Of a stretch of DNA of 64,000 nt, positions 35,818-50,900 are shown piece by piece. Made by a program: the position numbers and the translations under genes. How positions within the stretch are numbered: the stretch's first letter is position 1; each line of letters begins with the position of its first letter. This DNA comes from Squalus acanthias (Eukaryota). The notes beneath the pieces were generated by a model. It had not been told where the DNA came from. It saw nothing but the letters and a program-made list of their open reading frames with translations, and ran no database searches. The DNA lies in NCBI GenBank assembly GCA_030390025.1, contig JASTWF010000034.1, forward strand, positions 3,906,001-3,970,000. The letters run 5' to 3'.

Positions 35818-38800
35818 CATAACGAACATACGAATTAGGAGCAGGAGTCGGCCATTCGGCCCCTCAAGCCTGTTCCGCCATTCAATAAGATCATGGCTGA
35901 TCTGATTACTCCACATTCCCATCCAATCCCCGATAACCTTTCATCCCCTTGCTTATCAAGAATCTATCTACGTCCGCCTTAAAAATATTCAAAGACTCTG
36001 CTTCCACCGCCCTCTGAGGAAGAGAGTTCCAAAGACTCACGACCCTCTGAGAAAAAACATTCTCCTCACCTCTGTCTAAAATGGGCGCTCCATTATTTTT
36101 AAACAGTGACCCCTCGTTCTAGATTCTCCCACAAGAGGAAACATCCTCTCCGCATCCACCCTGTCAAGACCCCTCAGGATCTTATAGGTTTCAATCAAGT
36201 CACCTCTTACTCTTCTAAACTCCAGTGGATACAAGCCTAGCCTGCCCAACATTTCCTCATCAGACAACCCACCCATTCCAGGTATTAGTCTGGTAAACCT
36301 TCTCTGAACTGCTTCCAACGCATTTACATCCTTCCTTAAATAAGGAGACTAATACTGTACTCAGTACTCCAGATGTGGTCTCACCAATGCCCTCTATAAC
36401 TGAAGCATAAACTCCCTACTTTTGTATTCAAATTCCCCTCGCAATAGACGTTAACATTCTATTAGCTTTCCTAATTACTTGCTGTATCTGCATACTAACC
36501 TTTTGCGATTCATGCACTAGGAGACCCAAAACCCTCTGCATCTGAAAGCTCTGCAATCTCTCACCATTTAGATAATATGCTTATTTTTTATTTTTCCTGC
36601 CAAAATGCACAATTGCATATTTTCACACATTATACTCTATTTGCCAGATCTTTGCCCACTCACTTAATCTATTTCTCTACCTTTGTAGCCTCCATATGTC
36701 CTCTTCACAATTTACTTTCCTACCTATCTTTTTGTCATCAGCAAATTTTGCAAGCATACCTTCGGTCCCTTCATCCAAGTCATTTATATAAATTGTAAAA
36801 AGTTGAGGCCCCAGCATTATCCCTGTGGCCAACTACACATTACATCTTGCCAACCAGAAAATGACCCATTTATGCTTACACTCTGTTTCCTGTTAGCTAG
36901 CCAATCTTCTATCCATGCCAATATGTTACCCCCGACACCATGAGCTTTTATTTTCCGAAATAAGCTTTGATGTGGCACCTTATCAAATGCCTTCTGGAAA
37001 TCTAAGTACAGTACATCCACCGGTTCCCCTTTATCCACAGCACATGTTACTTCCTCAAAGAACTCCAATAAATTGGTTTCTCAAAGCCATGCTGACTCTG
37101 CCTGATTACCTTGAACTTTTACAAGTGCCCTGCTATAACGTCTTTAATAATAGTTTCTAGCATCTTCCCCAAGACAGGTGTTAAGCTAACTGGCCTGTAG
37201 TTTCCTGCTTTCTGTCTCCCTCCCTTTTTGAATAAAGGAGTTACAATCGCTATTTTCTAATCTAATGGAACCTTCCCCGAATCTAGGGAATTTTGGAAAA
37301 TTAAAACCAACGCATCAACTATCTCACCAGCTACTTCTTTTAAGACCCTAGGATGAAGTCCATCAGGACCCGGGGACTTGTCAGCCCGCATCTCCAACAA
37401 TTTCCTCAGTACTACTTCCCTGGTGATTGTAATTTTCTTGACTTCCTCCCTCCCTTCCATTTCCTGATTTACAGCTGTTTCTGGGATGTTACTTGTATCC
37501 TCTATAGTGAAGACCGATGCAAAATACCTGTTCAATTCAACTGCCATCTCCTTATTTTCCATTATTAATTCCCCAGAATCACTTTTTATAGCACCAACGC
37601 TCCCTTTGTGAACTCTTTTCTTTTTAGAATATCTATAGAAACTCTTACTATCTGTTTTTATATGTCTAGCTAGCTTTTTCTCGTACTCTAATTTTTCTCT
37701 CCTTATTAATCTTTTAGTAATTCTTTGCTGTTTGTTTATATTCTGTCCAATCTTCTGACCTGCCACCCATCTTTGCACAATTATATGCTTTTTCTTTAAG
37801 TTTGATACTATCTTTAACTTTTTTAGTTAACCACGGATGGTGGGTCCTCCCCTTGGAATTTTTCTTTCTCGTTGGAATGGATCTATTCTGTGTATTCTGA
37901 AATATCCCATTAAATGTCTGCCACTGCAGCTCTATTGACCTATCGCTTACTCTAGTTTGCCAGTTCACTTTAGCTAGCTCTGCTATCATGCCCTCATAAT
38001 TGCCCTTATTCAAGTTAAAAAAACTAGTCTTGGACCAAATCTTCTCTCCCTCAAACTGAATGTAAAATTCAATCATATTATGATCGCTGCGACCTAGGGG
38101 CACCTTCACTATGTGGTCATTCATTAATCTTATCTTGTTTCACAATACCAGGTCTACTATAGCCTGCTCTCTGGTTGGCTCCAGAACGTGCTGTTCTAAG
38201 AAACTGTCCCAAAAACATTCTATGAACTCCTCATCTAGGCTACCTTTGCCCATCTGATTTTTCCATCTATATGTAGATTCAAATTCCCCATGATTATTGC
38301 CGTACCTTTCTGACAAGCTCCCATTATTTCTTCCTTGATACTCCATCCTAACGTGTGGTTACTGTTAGGGGGCCTGTACACCACTTCCACAAGTGACTTC
38401 TTGCCTTCATCATTTCTCATCTCTACCCAAACCGCTTCTACATCCTGGTTTCCTGAACTGAAGTCATCCCTCTATTGCGCTAATACCATTATTAATTTAG
38501 AGAGCCACCCCTCCACTTTTTCCTAAATATCATGTACCCTTCAATATTCAGGTCCCAATGTTTGTCATCCTGCAGCCATGTCTCTGTAATGGCTATCAGA
38601 TTGTACTTATTTAATTCTATTTGCGCCATCAGTTCATCTGTTTTGTTTCGAATGCTTCGTGCATTCAGATACAGAGCCTTTAGTTTTGTCCTTTTATTAT
38701 TTTGGTAAGCTTTAGCCTTATCTGTTGATTTACTCTTAGATTTGTACTCTCTGTCCCTTCCCGTCACGGTCTGTTTATCATTTCCCATATTAATACCTTT

Positions 38801-39052
38801 CTCTCCTGTCTTGTTTCTACTCTTTGAATTACCACATCTTCCCAGATTTGATCCCTGGCCCCCAATATTTAGTTGAAAGCCCTCTCTGCCGCCCTAGTTA
38901 TATGACTCGCCAGAACACTGGTCCCAGCACGGTTCAGGTGAAGACCAACCCAACGGTACAGATCCCACTTTCCCCAGTACTGATGCTGGTGCCCCAGGAA
39001 GCGAAACCAATTTCTCCCATACCAATCTTTGAGTTACGCATTCATCTCTCTA
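35818..39052 (-). mobile_element. CR1 LINE: end of ORF1 + whole ORF2 + 3' UTR, decayed
   Basis: LYLNARSIRNK, ITETWL, VYRPPN, SDHNMI, KSPGPDGLHP, LDFQKAFDKVPH; broken by stops and frameshifts. Confidence 0.95.
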
Positions 39053-41603
39053 ATTTGATGGGGCAGTGTAGAGGGAGCTTTACTCTGTATCTTACCTGTG
39101 CTGTATCTGCCCTGGGAGTGTTTGATGGGACAGTGTAGAGGGAGCTTTATTCGGTATCTAACGCGGTCTGTACCTGCCTGAGAAAGTTTGATGGGTCAGT
39201 GTAGAGGAAGCCATACTCTGTGTCTTACCTGAGCTGTAGCTGGCCTGGCAGTGTTTCTGGGATAGTATAGAGGGAGCTTTATTCGTTATCTAACCTGTGC
39301 TGTACCTACCCTGGGATTGTATGATGGGATTCTGTAGAGGTATCTTAAATCTGCATCTAACCCGTGCTGTACCTGGCCTGGGAGTATTTGATGGGTCTTT
39401 GTAAAGACAGCTTAACTCTGTACCTAACCCGTGCACTACCTGCCCTGCGAGTGTTTGATGGGGCAGCGTAGAGGGAGCTTTACTCTGTAACTAACTCATG
39501 CACTAACTGCCCAGCGAGTGTTTGATGGGACAGTGTGGAGGGAGCTTTATTCTATATCTAACCATTGCAGTACCTGCCCTGGGAGTGTTTGATGGGTCTT
39601 TGTAGAGGGAGCATTACTTTGCATCAATCCCTGTGCTGTACCTGCCCTGTGAGTGTTCGATAGGTCTTTGTAGAAGGAACTTTACTCTGTACCTAACCCG
39701 TGCACTACCTGCCCTGTGAGTATTTAATGCGACAGTGATGAGCGAGCTTTACTCTATCAAAACAGTGCTGTACATGCCATGGGGCTGTTTGATGGCACAA
39801 TGTGAAGGGAGCTTTACTCTGTATCCAACCCGGGCTGTACCTGCCCTGGATATGTTTGATGTCAGTGTCCAGCAAGATTTACTCTACATCTAAACTGTTC
39901 TGTAACTGCCCTGGAGGTTTTTGATAGGAGAGTGTAAAGGGAGCTTTAATCTGTACCTAACCCATGCACTACTTGCCTTGCGAGTGTTAGATGCGACAGT
40001 GAAGATGGAGTTTTACTCTATATCTAACCTGTGCTGTACTTGCCTTGCGAGTGTTTTATGGGACAGTGTATAGGGAGCTTTATTCGGTATCTAACGCGGA
40101 CTGTACCTGCCTGAGAAAGTTTGATGGGTCAGTGTCGAGGAAGCTTTACTCTGTATCTTACCTGAGCTGTAGCTGGCCTGGCACTGTTTGATGGGATAGT
40201 ATAGAGGGAGCTTTATTCGGTATCTAACCTGTGCTGTACCTACCCTGGGATTGTATGATGGGATTCTGTAGAGGTATCTTAAATCTGCATCTTACCCGTG
40301 CTGTACCTGGCCTGGAAGTATTTGATGGGTCTTTGTAAAGGCAGCTTTACTCTGTACCTAACCCGTGCACTACCTGCCCTGCGAGTGTTTGATGGGACAG
40401 TGTAGAGGGAGCTTTACTCTGTAACTAACCCATGCACTAACTGCACAGCGAGTGTTTGATCGGACAGTGTGGAGGGAGCTTTATTCTATATCTAACCATT
40501 GCAGTACCTGCCCTGGGAGTGTATGATGGGATTCTGTGGAGGGATCTTTACTCTGCATATAACCCGTGCTGTACCTGTCCTGGGAGTGTTTGATGTGATA
40601 GTATACAGGGAGCTTTACTAGTATCTAACCCGTGCTGTACCTGCCTGGGAGTGTTTGATGGGGCAGTGTAGAGGGAGCTTTACTCTGTATCTAATCCGTG
40701 CTGTACCTGACCTGGGATTGTTTGATGCAACAGTGTAGAGGCAGCTTTACTCTGCATCTTACCCGTGCAGTACCAGGCCTGGGAGTGTTTGATGTGATAG
40801 TATACAAGGAGCTTTACTCTGTACCTAACCCATGCACTAACTGCCCTGCGAGCGTTTGATGGGACAGTGCAGTGGGAGCTTTACTCTATATCTAACCATT
40901 GCTGTACCTGCCCTGGGCGTGTTTGTTAGGATTCTGTAGAGGGATCTTTACTCTGCATATAACCCGTGCTGTAACTGGCCTGAGAGTGTTTGATGCAACA
41001 GTGTAGAGGCAACCTTACTCTGTATCTTACCTGTGCTGTACCTGACCTGGGAGTGTTTGATGGGATAATATAGAGGGAGCTTTATTCGGTATGTAACCCG
41101 GGCTGTACTTGCCTGGGACAGTTAGATGGGACAGAGTAGAGGAAGCTTTACTCTGTATCTTACCCTGTGCTGTAGCTGCCCTGGGAGTGTTTGATGGGTC
41201 CTTTTAGAATGATCTTTACTCTGCAGCTAAACTGTGATATACCTGCCCTGACAGGTATTGAAACGACAGTGTAGAGGGAGCTTTACTCAGTATCTAACCC
41301 GTGCTGTATCTGCCCTGGGAGTCATTGATCGGAAAGTGTAGAGGCAGATTTACTCTGTATCTTACTTGTACTGTACCTGACATGTGAGTGTTTGATGGGA
41401 GCTTTACTCTGTATCTGAACCTTGCTGTACCTGCCCTGGGAGTGTTTGACGGCCAGTGTATTGTGCGCTTTACTGTATATCTAACCCATGCTGTACCTAA
41501 CCTGCGAGTGTTTGATGGGACAGTGCAGAGGGATCTTTACTAAGTATCTAACAAATGCTGTACCTGCACTGGGACTGTTTGATGGGACAGTGTAGTGGGA
41601 GCC
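39053..41603 (-). repeat. 67-bp satellite, opposite orientation, diverged, with ~933-bp block duplication
   Basis: Reverse complement of the 67-mer; TCGGTATCTAACGCGG at 39151 and 40084. Confidence 0.93.
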
Positions 41604-41920
41604 TCATAACTCTTTATAAAGTTAGAATCATTAATAATCATTTACAAAAGGTGTACAACGGGTTAATGAGGATTATAATGATTTATAAAGGGTCATGTCC
41701 CTTTATCATATTTTGCATCACTTTGTCCCCCATTCAAATCCCTTTATAATCCTTTGTCAATCATTATAACAATTTATAAGCCTTTGTCGATCATAACCAC
41801 CCTTTATATTCCTTAACCATTCATCATAACCCTTTATATTCTATTATCAACCTTTATATATTATAATACGTTATATTCATTTATAATAATTTATAATCCT
41901 TTATAACCCTTTATAAAGCG
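41604..41920. repeat. AT-rich low-complexity (TTATAA/CATAA-rich) tract
   Basis: Composition; resembles 13548-13680. Confidence 0.6.
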
Positions 41921-41924
41921 TCAG

Positions 41925-42985
41925 GATACAGCGTAGGGATAATGGGTAGGTACTCAAATTGGCAGGATGTGACTCCTGGTGTCCGGCAGGGCTGTGTTTT
42001 GGGGCCTCAGCTATTCACAATATTTATTAATGACTTAGGTGATGTCATAGAAAGTCATATACACAAATTTGCCGATGACACAAAGATAGGCAGCATTGTA
42101 GGCAGTGTAGGTGAAACCATAAAATTACAAAGGGATATTGACAGATTAAGGGAATGGGCAAAACTATGGCAAATGGATTTCAATGTAAGCAAATGTGAGG
42201 GCAATCACTTTGGACCCTGAAAGGATAGAACAGGTTACTTTCTAAATGGTGAAAAGCTAAAAAGAGTGGATGTCCAAAGAGACTTGGGGGGTCCAGGTAC
42301 ATAGATCATTAAAATGTCATGGACAGGTACAGAAAATAATCAAAAAGGCTCATGGAAAGCTGGTCTTTATATCTAAAGGACTAGATTACAAGGGGTAGAA
42401 GTTATTCTGCAGCTATACAAAACCCTGGTTAGACCACACCTGGAGTACTGTGAGCAGTTCTGGGCTCCACACCTTAGGAAGGATATATTGGCCTTGGAGG
42501 GAGTGCAGCGCAGGTTTACCAGAATGATACCCAGCCTTCAAGGGTTAAGTTACGAGGAGAGATTACACAAATTAGGGTTCTATTCCCTAGAATTTAGAAG
42601 GTTAAGGGGTGATCTGAGCGAAGTTTTCAGGATATTAAGGGGAACAGATAGAGTAGATAGCGAGAAACTATTTCCATTGGTGGGGATACTAGGACAGGAG
42701 GCACAGTCTAAGAATTAGAGGCAGTCCTTTCAGGAGTGACATTAGGAAACACTTCGACACTCAATGTGGGAGAAATTTGGAACTCTCTTCCACAAACGGA
42801 AGTGGATGCTAGATAAATTGTTAATTTTAAATCGGAGATTTATTGCTTTTTGTTAACCAAAGGTATGAAGGGATATGGGCCAAAGGTGGGTTTATGGAGT
42901 TAGATAGCAGATCAGTCAATGATCGCATTGAATGGGGCAACAGGCTCGAGGGGCTGAATGGCCGACTCCTCTTCCTATGTTCCTC
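41925..42985 (+). mobile_element. 5'-truncated CR1 LINE (RT motif B to 3' tail)
   Basis: GVRQGCVLGPQLFTIFINDL, KFADDTK, RRFTRMIP. Confidence 0.92.
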
Positions 42986-43077
42986 AGTGTCGGATCCGTT
43001 GACTTGTTAGCCCTCCCCAAATGCATCACCTCACACTTCTCCGGATTGAATTCCATTTGCCACAATCTTCCTGCATG

Positions 43078-43410
43078 CAGCATGAGTTATACACAGAGTA
43101 AAGCTCCCTTTACACTGCCCAATGAAATAGTCCAAGGGCAGGTATAGCACAGGTTAGATCGAGAGATACAGAGTAAAGCTCCCTTTACACTGCCCAATCA
43201 AACAGTCCAAGGGCAGGTATAGCACGGGTGAGATAGCAAGATACAGAATAAAGCTCCCTTTTCACTGCCCAATCAAACAGTCCAAGGGCAGGTACAGCAC
43301 GGGTTAGACAGAGAGATACAGACTAAACCTTCCTCTGCCCTGTCCACTCAAACACTCGCAGGGCAGGTACAGCGCAGGTGACATGCAAAGCTCCCTCTAA
43401 TACAGCATGT
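43078..43410 (+). repeat. Satellite variant (longer unit with extra GAGAGATA)
   Basis: Similarity to the 67-mer. Confidence 0.8.
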
Positions 43411-43464
43411 GCAGCGTACAGCGCCCTTGACACGAGCCAATGAATGCCACAAAACATCTAGCAG

Positions 43465-44505
43465 CTTTTCAGACTGGCAAAAGGTGGAAAGTGGTGTTCC
43501 ACAGGGATCGGTGCTGGGACCACTGCTGTTCACAATTTACAAAAACGATTTGGACTTAGGAATTTGAAGTACAATTTCAAAATTTGTCAATGATACCAAA
43601 TTGGGAGGTACAGTTAATATTGATGAAGATTGTGACATAATGCAAGAAGACATTAATAAACTTGCAGTATGGAAGTATAATTGGCGAATGAATTTCAATA
43701 TAGATAAGTGTGAGGTGGCGCCTTTTGGTAGGAAGAATAAGGAGGCCAGATACTGCTTTGAAAATAAGAGTATAAATGGGGTAGAGGAGCAATGCGATTT
43801 CGGGGTACAGATACACAGAACACTATAAGTAGCAATGGAGGTTAATAGGGCATTACAAAACAAACAAAGCACTGGGGTTCATTTCCAGAGGGATAGAATT
43901 GCAAAGCAGGGAGGTTATGTTAAACTTGTACTGACCCTGGGTTAGATCATACTTGGAGTACTGTGAAAAGCTCTGGTCTCCATATTATTACGAGGGGCCC
44001 AATGGCCTACTCCTGCTCTTATTTCTTATGTTCTTAATATAGAGGCACTGGAGAAGGAGATTTGTAAGGATGATTCTAGAACTGAGAGGATATACTTATC
44101 AGGAAAGGCTGAACAGGCTGGGTCTCTTTTCTCTTAAAGAAAGAGAATGCTGATGGATGACCGGATAGAGGTCTTTAAGATTATGAGAAGGTTATAAAGG
44201 GTGGTCGCGGAGAAAATGTTTCCACTTGTGGGAGTCCAAAACTGGAGATCATCAATATAAGATAGTCATTGATAAATCCAATGGAGAATTCAGGAGAAAT
44301 TCTTCACCCAAAGAGAGGTGAGAATGTGGAACTCGCTACCACAGGGAGTAGTGGAGGCGGATAGTACAGATGCATTTAAGCAGAAGCTCGATAAACACAT
44401 GAGGGAGAAAGGAATATAAGGTTATGCTAATAGAATTAGATGAAGAGGGGTGAGAGGAGGCTTGTGTGGGGAATAAACACCGGCACAAACCAATTGGGCA
44501 GAATA
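43465..44505 (+). mobile_element. 5'-truncated CR1 LINE with a tiny nested CR1 tail (~43991-44036)
   Basis: [31 protein letters not shown]. Confidence 0.88.
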
Positions 44506-44509
44506 GTTC

Positions 44510-47500
44510 AGAGGCAGAGTAAATCTACCCCAACTCTGCCCCATCAAACTCTCCCAGGACAGGCACAACAAGACTTAGACACAGTGTAAATCTCCCTCAG
44601 CACTGTCCCATCAAACACTCCCAGTGCAGTTTCAGCAAAGGTTAGATACAGAGTAAAGGTCCCTCTACACAGGCTCAACAAACTCTCACAGGGCAGGTAC
44701 AGCACAGGTTAGATACAGACTAAAGGTCCCTCTACACTGCCCCAGCAAACTCATACAGGGCAGGTACAGCACAGGTTAGACACAGAGTAAAGCTCATCTC
44801 TGCACGGTACCATCAAACACTCCCAGGGCTAGTTCAGACCATGTTTGATACAGGGTAGAGCTCCCGCAACACTGTCCCTTCAAACCCGTCCAGGACAGGC
44901 AGACCACGGGTTAGACACAGAATAAAGCTGCATCAACACTGTCCCATCGAACACTCCCAGGGCAGGTACAGCACTGGTTAGATACAGAGTAAAGCGCTCT
45001 CTACACTGTCCCATCAAACACTCCCAGGGCAGGTACAGCATGGATAAGATACAGAGTAAATCTCCCTCTACACTATCCCATCAAACACTCCCAGGGCAGG
45101 TACAGCACTGGTTAGATACAGAGTAAAGCGCTCTCTTCCACTCTCCCATCAAACTCTCCCAGGGCAGGTACAGCACGGGTTCGATACAGAGTAAAGCTCC
45201 CTCTACACTGTCCCATCAAACACTCCCAGTGCAGGTGCAGCACGGGTTAGATACAGAGTAAAGCTCCCTCTACACTGTCCCATAAAAGGACCTCAGGGCA
45301 GGTTCAGTCCATGTTTGAAACATAGAAAAATAGGAGCAGGAGTCGGCCATTCGAGCCTGCTCCGCCATTCAACATGATCATGGCTGCTCCTCTATCTCAG
45401 TACCAAATTCCCGGTCTCTCCCCATACCCCTTGCTGCCTTTTGTGTCTAGAAATCTATCTATCTCCTTCTTAAATATATTCAGTGATTTGGACACCACAG
45501 CCTCTGTGGTAGAGAATTCCACATGTTCACCACCCTCTGAGTGAAGATATTTCACCTCATCTCAGTCCTAAATGTCCTACCCCGTATCCTGAGACTGTGA
45601 CCCCTCGTTCTAGACACCCCAGCCAGGGGAAACATCCTCCCTGCATCCAGTCTGCCTAGCACTGTCAGAATTTTATACCTTTCAATCAGATGCCCATTCT
45701 TTCTTCTAATCTCTAGTGAATACAGGCCTAGTCGACCCAACCTCTCCTAAAACGACAGTCCTGTCATCCCAGGAATCAGTCTGGTGAACCTTCGCTGCAC
45801 TCCATCTATGACAAGTATATCCTTTCTTAGGTAGGGAGACCAAAACCGCACACAGTACACCAGGTGTGGTCTCACCAAGGCCCTGTATAACTGTAGTAAG
45901 ACATTCTTGCTCCTGTACTCAAATCCTCTTGCAATGAACGCCAACATACTGTTTGATACAGAGTAAAGCTTCTGCTACACTGTTCCATCAAACCTCTCCA
46001 GGACAGGCACAACACGGGTTAGATACAGAGCAAAGATCCCTCTACACTGTCAAATCAAACACTGCCAGGGCAGGTACAGCGTAGGTTAGAGACAGAGTAA
46101 AGCTCCCTTTACACTGTCCCATCAAACACTCCCAGGACAGGTACAGCACGGGTTAGATACAGAGCAAAGATCTCTCTACACTGTCAAATCAAACACTGCC
46201 AGGGCAGGTACAGCGTAGGTTAGATACCGAGTAAAGCGCCCTTTACACAGTCCCATCAAACACTCCCAGGACAGGTACAGCACGGATTAGATACAGAGTA
46301 TAGATCCCTCTACACTGTCCCATCAAACACTCCCAGTGCAGGTACAGCACGGTTTAGATACAGAGTAAAGATCCCTCTACACTGTCCCATCAAACACTGC
46401 CAGGGCAGGTACAGCACGGGTTAGATACAGAGTAAAGCTCCCTCTACAATGTCCCATCAAACACTCCCAGTGCAGGTACAGCACGGTTTAGATAAAGAGT
46501 AAAGTTCCCTCTACACTATTCCATCAAATCGCTCCCAGGGCACGAATAACACGGGTTAGATGCAGAGTAAAGTTCCCTCTTCACTGTCCCATAAAACACT
46601 CCCAGGACAGGTTGAGACCATGTTTGATACTGGTAAAGCTGACTCTAGACTTTCCCATCAAACCCACCCAGGGCAGTTTCAGCACAGGTTAGATACAGAG
46701 TAAATCTCACTCTACACTGTCTCATCAAACACTGCCACAGGAGGTTCAGAATATGTTTGACACAGGGTAAAGTTCCCTCTACAGTGTCCCATTAAACTCT
46801 CACAGGTCAGGTACAGCACAGGTTAGATACAGTGTAAATTTCATCTCTGCATTGTCCCATCAAACACTCCCCTGGCAGGTTCAGACCATGTTTGATACAG
46901 TTTAGAGCTCCCTCAAAACTGTCCCATCAAACCCGTCCAGGGCAGGTACAGCACTGCTTAGATACAGAGTAAATCTCCCTCTACATTGTCCCATCCAACA
47001 CTCCCAGGGCAGGTACAAACAATGATTGGTAAAGAGTAAAGCTCTCACTAGGCTGTCCCATCAAACACTCCCAGGGCAGGTATAGCATGTGTAGATTGAG
47101 AGTAAAGCTCCCTCTAAACTGTCTCATCAAACTCTCCCAGGGCAGGAACAGCATGGCTTAGATACAGAGTAAAGCTCCCTCTACAATGTCCCATCAAACA
47201 TTTAAAGGGCATGTACAGCCGGGGTTAGAAATAGAGTAAAGCTCCCTCGACACTGTCCCATCAAACACCCCCATGGCAGGTACAGCACGGTTAAGATACA
47301 GATTAAAACTCCCTTTACACTGTCCCATCAAACCCGTCCAGGACAGGCAGAACACGAGTTAGACAGAGAGAGTAAAGCTGCATCAACACTGTCCAATTTA
47401 ACACTCCCAGGGCAGGTACAGCATGTGTTAGAAACAGAGTAAAGCTCCCTCTACACTGTCCCATCAAAAACGCCCAGGGCATGTGCAGCATGGGTTAGAT

Positions 47501-47982
47501 ACAGAGTAAAGCTGCCTCTACACTGTCCCATCAAACAACCCCAGGGTAGGGACAGCACCGGTTCGATACAGAATAAAGCTCCCTCTACACTGTTCCATCA
47601 AACACTCCCATGGCAGGTTCAGACCACGTTTGATACAGAGTAAAGATCCCTCTACACTGTCCCATCAAACACCGCCTGGGCAGGTTCAGAACAGGTTAGA
47701 TAGAGTAAATCTCCCTCTGAACTGTCCCAGCAAACCACTCCCAGGGCAGGTTCAGACCACGTTTGATAGAGTAAAGCTCTCTCTACACTGTCCCATTAAA
47801 CCCATCCAGGACATGCAGAACATGAGTAAGACAGATTAAAACTCCCTCGACACTATCCCCATCAAACTCTCCCAGAGCAGGTACAACATGTGTTAGATAC
47901 AGACTAAAGCTGCCTCTACAGTGTCCCATCAAACCCTTCCAAGACAGGCACAACACGAGTTAGACACAAAGTAAAGTTACAT
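44510..47982 (+). repeat. 67-bp satellite array, interrupted by an antisense CR1
   Basis: Direct periodicity at 44510-45317 and 45950-47982. Confidence 0.93.
45318..45949 (-). mobile_element. 5'-truncated CR1 LINE
   Basis: MLAFIARGFEYRSK..RPHLVYCV; RTRGHSLRIRG. Confidence 0.9.
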
Positions 47983-50900
47983 TTAGCCACAAAGCATATT
48001 TGAAAGTTCTCTATCTGAATGCACGTAGCATTCGTAACAAAATAGACGAGTTAATGGCACAAATAACTACATATGGTTATGATATTGTGGCCATTACAGA
48101 AACATGGCTGCAGGGTGACAATGCCTGGGAATTAAACATACCAGGTTATTTAACGATCAGGAAGGACAGGCAGGAAGGAAGGGGAGGTGGGGTGGCTATG
48201 TTAATAAAGGAAGGAATCACTGTAATACAGAGTAATGATATTGGGTCAAAAAATCATGATAATGAAACAGTTTGGGTGGAGATAAGGAATAATAAGGGGA
48301 AAAAAACACTAGTGGGCGTAGTCTATAGGCCTCCGAACAGTTGCAACTCTGTTGGACGGAGTATCAATCAGGAAATAGTTGAGGCATGTAATAAGGGAAC
48401 ATCTATAATTATGGGGGATTTTAACTATCATATTAATTGGACAAATCAAATGGGGCAGGGCTGCCTTGAGGATGAGTTCATTGAGTGTATTAGGGATGGG
48501 TTTCTTGAGCAGTATGTAACTGAACCGACCAGGGGGCAAGCAACCTTAGATCTGGTCCTGTGTAACGAGACAGGATTAATTAAAAATGTCCTAGTAAAGG
48601 ATCCCCTTGGAATGAGTGACCATAACATGGTTGAATTCCATATTCAATTAGAGGGTGAGAAGGTTGGATCTCAAACAAGCGTGCTAAGCTTGAATAAAGG
48701 AGACTATGAAGGTATGCGGGCGGAATTGAGTAGAGTGGATTTGGAAAATAGATTAAAGGGTAAGACGACACATGATCAGTGGTGTACATTCAAGGAGTTA
48801 TTTTACAACTTCCAAAAAAAATATATTCCAAAGAAAAGAAAAGGGTGTAAAAGAAAGGACAGTCATCCGTGGCTAAGTAAATAAATTAAGGATAGTATTC
48901 GACTAAAAACAAGGGCATATAAGGTAGTGAAATCTAGTGGGAGGACAGAGGATTGGGAAAACTTTAAAAGGCAGCAAAAAATAACAAAAAGATTGATTAA
49001 GAAAGGGAAGATAGATTATGAAAGTAAATTAGCAAAAAATATAAAAACAGATAGTAAGAGTTTTTATAGTTATATAAAAAGAAAAAGGGTGGCTAAAGTA
49101 AATGTTGGTCCCTTAGAGGATGAGACCGGGAAATTAATGGTGGGAAATATGGAGATGGCAAAAACACTGAATGAATATTTTGTATCAGTCTTTACAGTAG
49201 AGGACACTAAGAATATCCCAACACTGGACAAACAGGGGGCTATAGGGGGAGAGGAGCTAAACACGATCAAAATCACTAAGGAAGTGGTACTCGGTAAAAT
49301 AATGGGACTCAAGGCGGATAAATCACCTGGACCTGATGGCTTACATCCTAGAGTCTTGAAGGAAGTGGCGGTAGGGATTGTAGATGCATTGGTAATAATT
49401 TTTCAAAACTCCCTGGATTCCGCTAAGGTCCCGGCAAACTGGAAAACTGCTAATGTAACACCCTTATTTAAAAAGGGCAGTAGACAGAAGGCTGGTAACT
49501 ATAGACCGGTTAGCCTAACATCTGTGGTAGGTAAAATTTTGGAGTCCATTATTAAGGAAACAGTAACAGGACATTTGGATAATCATAATTTAATAGGACA
49601 AAGTCAGCATGGTTTTACGAAGGGGAAGTCATGTTTGACAAATTTGCTGGAGTTCTTTGAGGAAGTAACATATAGAGTGGATAAAGGGGAACCAGTGGAC
49701 GTAGTGTATTTAGACTTCCAAAAGGCATTTGACAAGGTGCCACACAAAAGATTATTGCTTAAGGTAAAAAATCACGGGATTGGGGGTAATATTCTGGCAT
49801 GGATAGAGGATTGGCTATCTAACAGAAAGCAAAGAGTTGGGATAAATGGTTCATTCTCAGACTGGCAATCAGTAACTAGTGGTGTTCCACAGGGGTCAGT
49901 GCTGGGTCCCCAACTCTTTACAATCTATATTAACGATTTGGAGGAAGGGACCAAGTGTAACATATCAAAATTTGCAGATGATACAAAGATGGGAGGGAAA
50001 GTAGTGAGTGAGGAGGACATAAAATACCTGCAAGGGGACATAGACAGGCTAAGTAAGTGGGCAGAGATTTGGCAGATGGAATACAACACTGGAAAGTGTG
50101 AGGTGATGCACTTTGGCAGGAAAAATCCTAGAGCAATTTATTATCTTAATGGCAAGAAACTGGAGAGTACTGAAGTGCAAAGGGATCTGGGGGTCCTGGT
50201 GCACGAAACTCAAAAGGTTAGTATGCAGGTGCAGCAAGTGATTAAGAAGGCAAATGGAATGTTGGCTTTCATTGCTAGGGGGATAGAATATAAAAATAGG
50301 GAGGTATTGCTTCAGTTGTACAAGGTATTGGTGAGACCACACCTGGAATACTGCATACAGTTTTGGTGTCCTTACTTAAGGAAAGACATCCTTGCTCTCG
50401 AGGCAGTGCAAAAAAGGTTCACTCGGTTAATCCCGGGGATGAGGGGGTGGTCATATGAGGAGAGGTTGGGTAGATTGGGACTCTACTCATTGGAGTTCAG
50501 AAGAATGAGAGGCGATCTTATTGAAACATATAAGATTGTGAAGGGGTTGGATCGGGTGGATGCGGGGAGGATGTTCCCGATGACGGGTGAGACTAGAACT
50601 AGGGGACATAGTCTTAGAATAAGGGGCTGCTCTTTCAAAACTGAGATGAGGAGGAACTACTTCACTCAGAGGGTGGTAGGTCCATGGAATATGCTGCCAC
50701 AAAAAGCTGTAGAAGCTACATCATTAAATAAATTTAAAACAGAAATAGACAGTTTCCGAGAAGTAAAGGGCATTAAGGGTTACGGGGAGCGGGCAGGAAT
50801 TTGGACATGAGTCTAGGTTCGGATCGGTCATGGCCCTGTGGGTAGTGGAGCGGGCCCAGGGACCGTGTAGCCTGATTCTGCTCCTATTTCGTGTGTGCAA

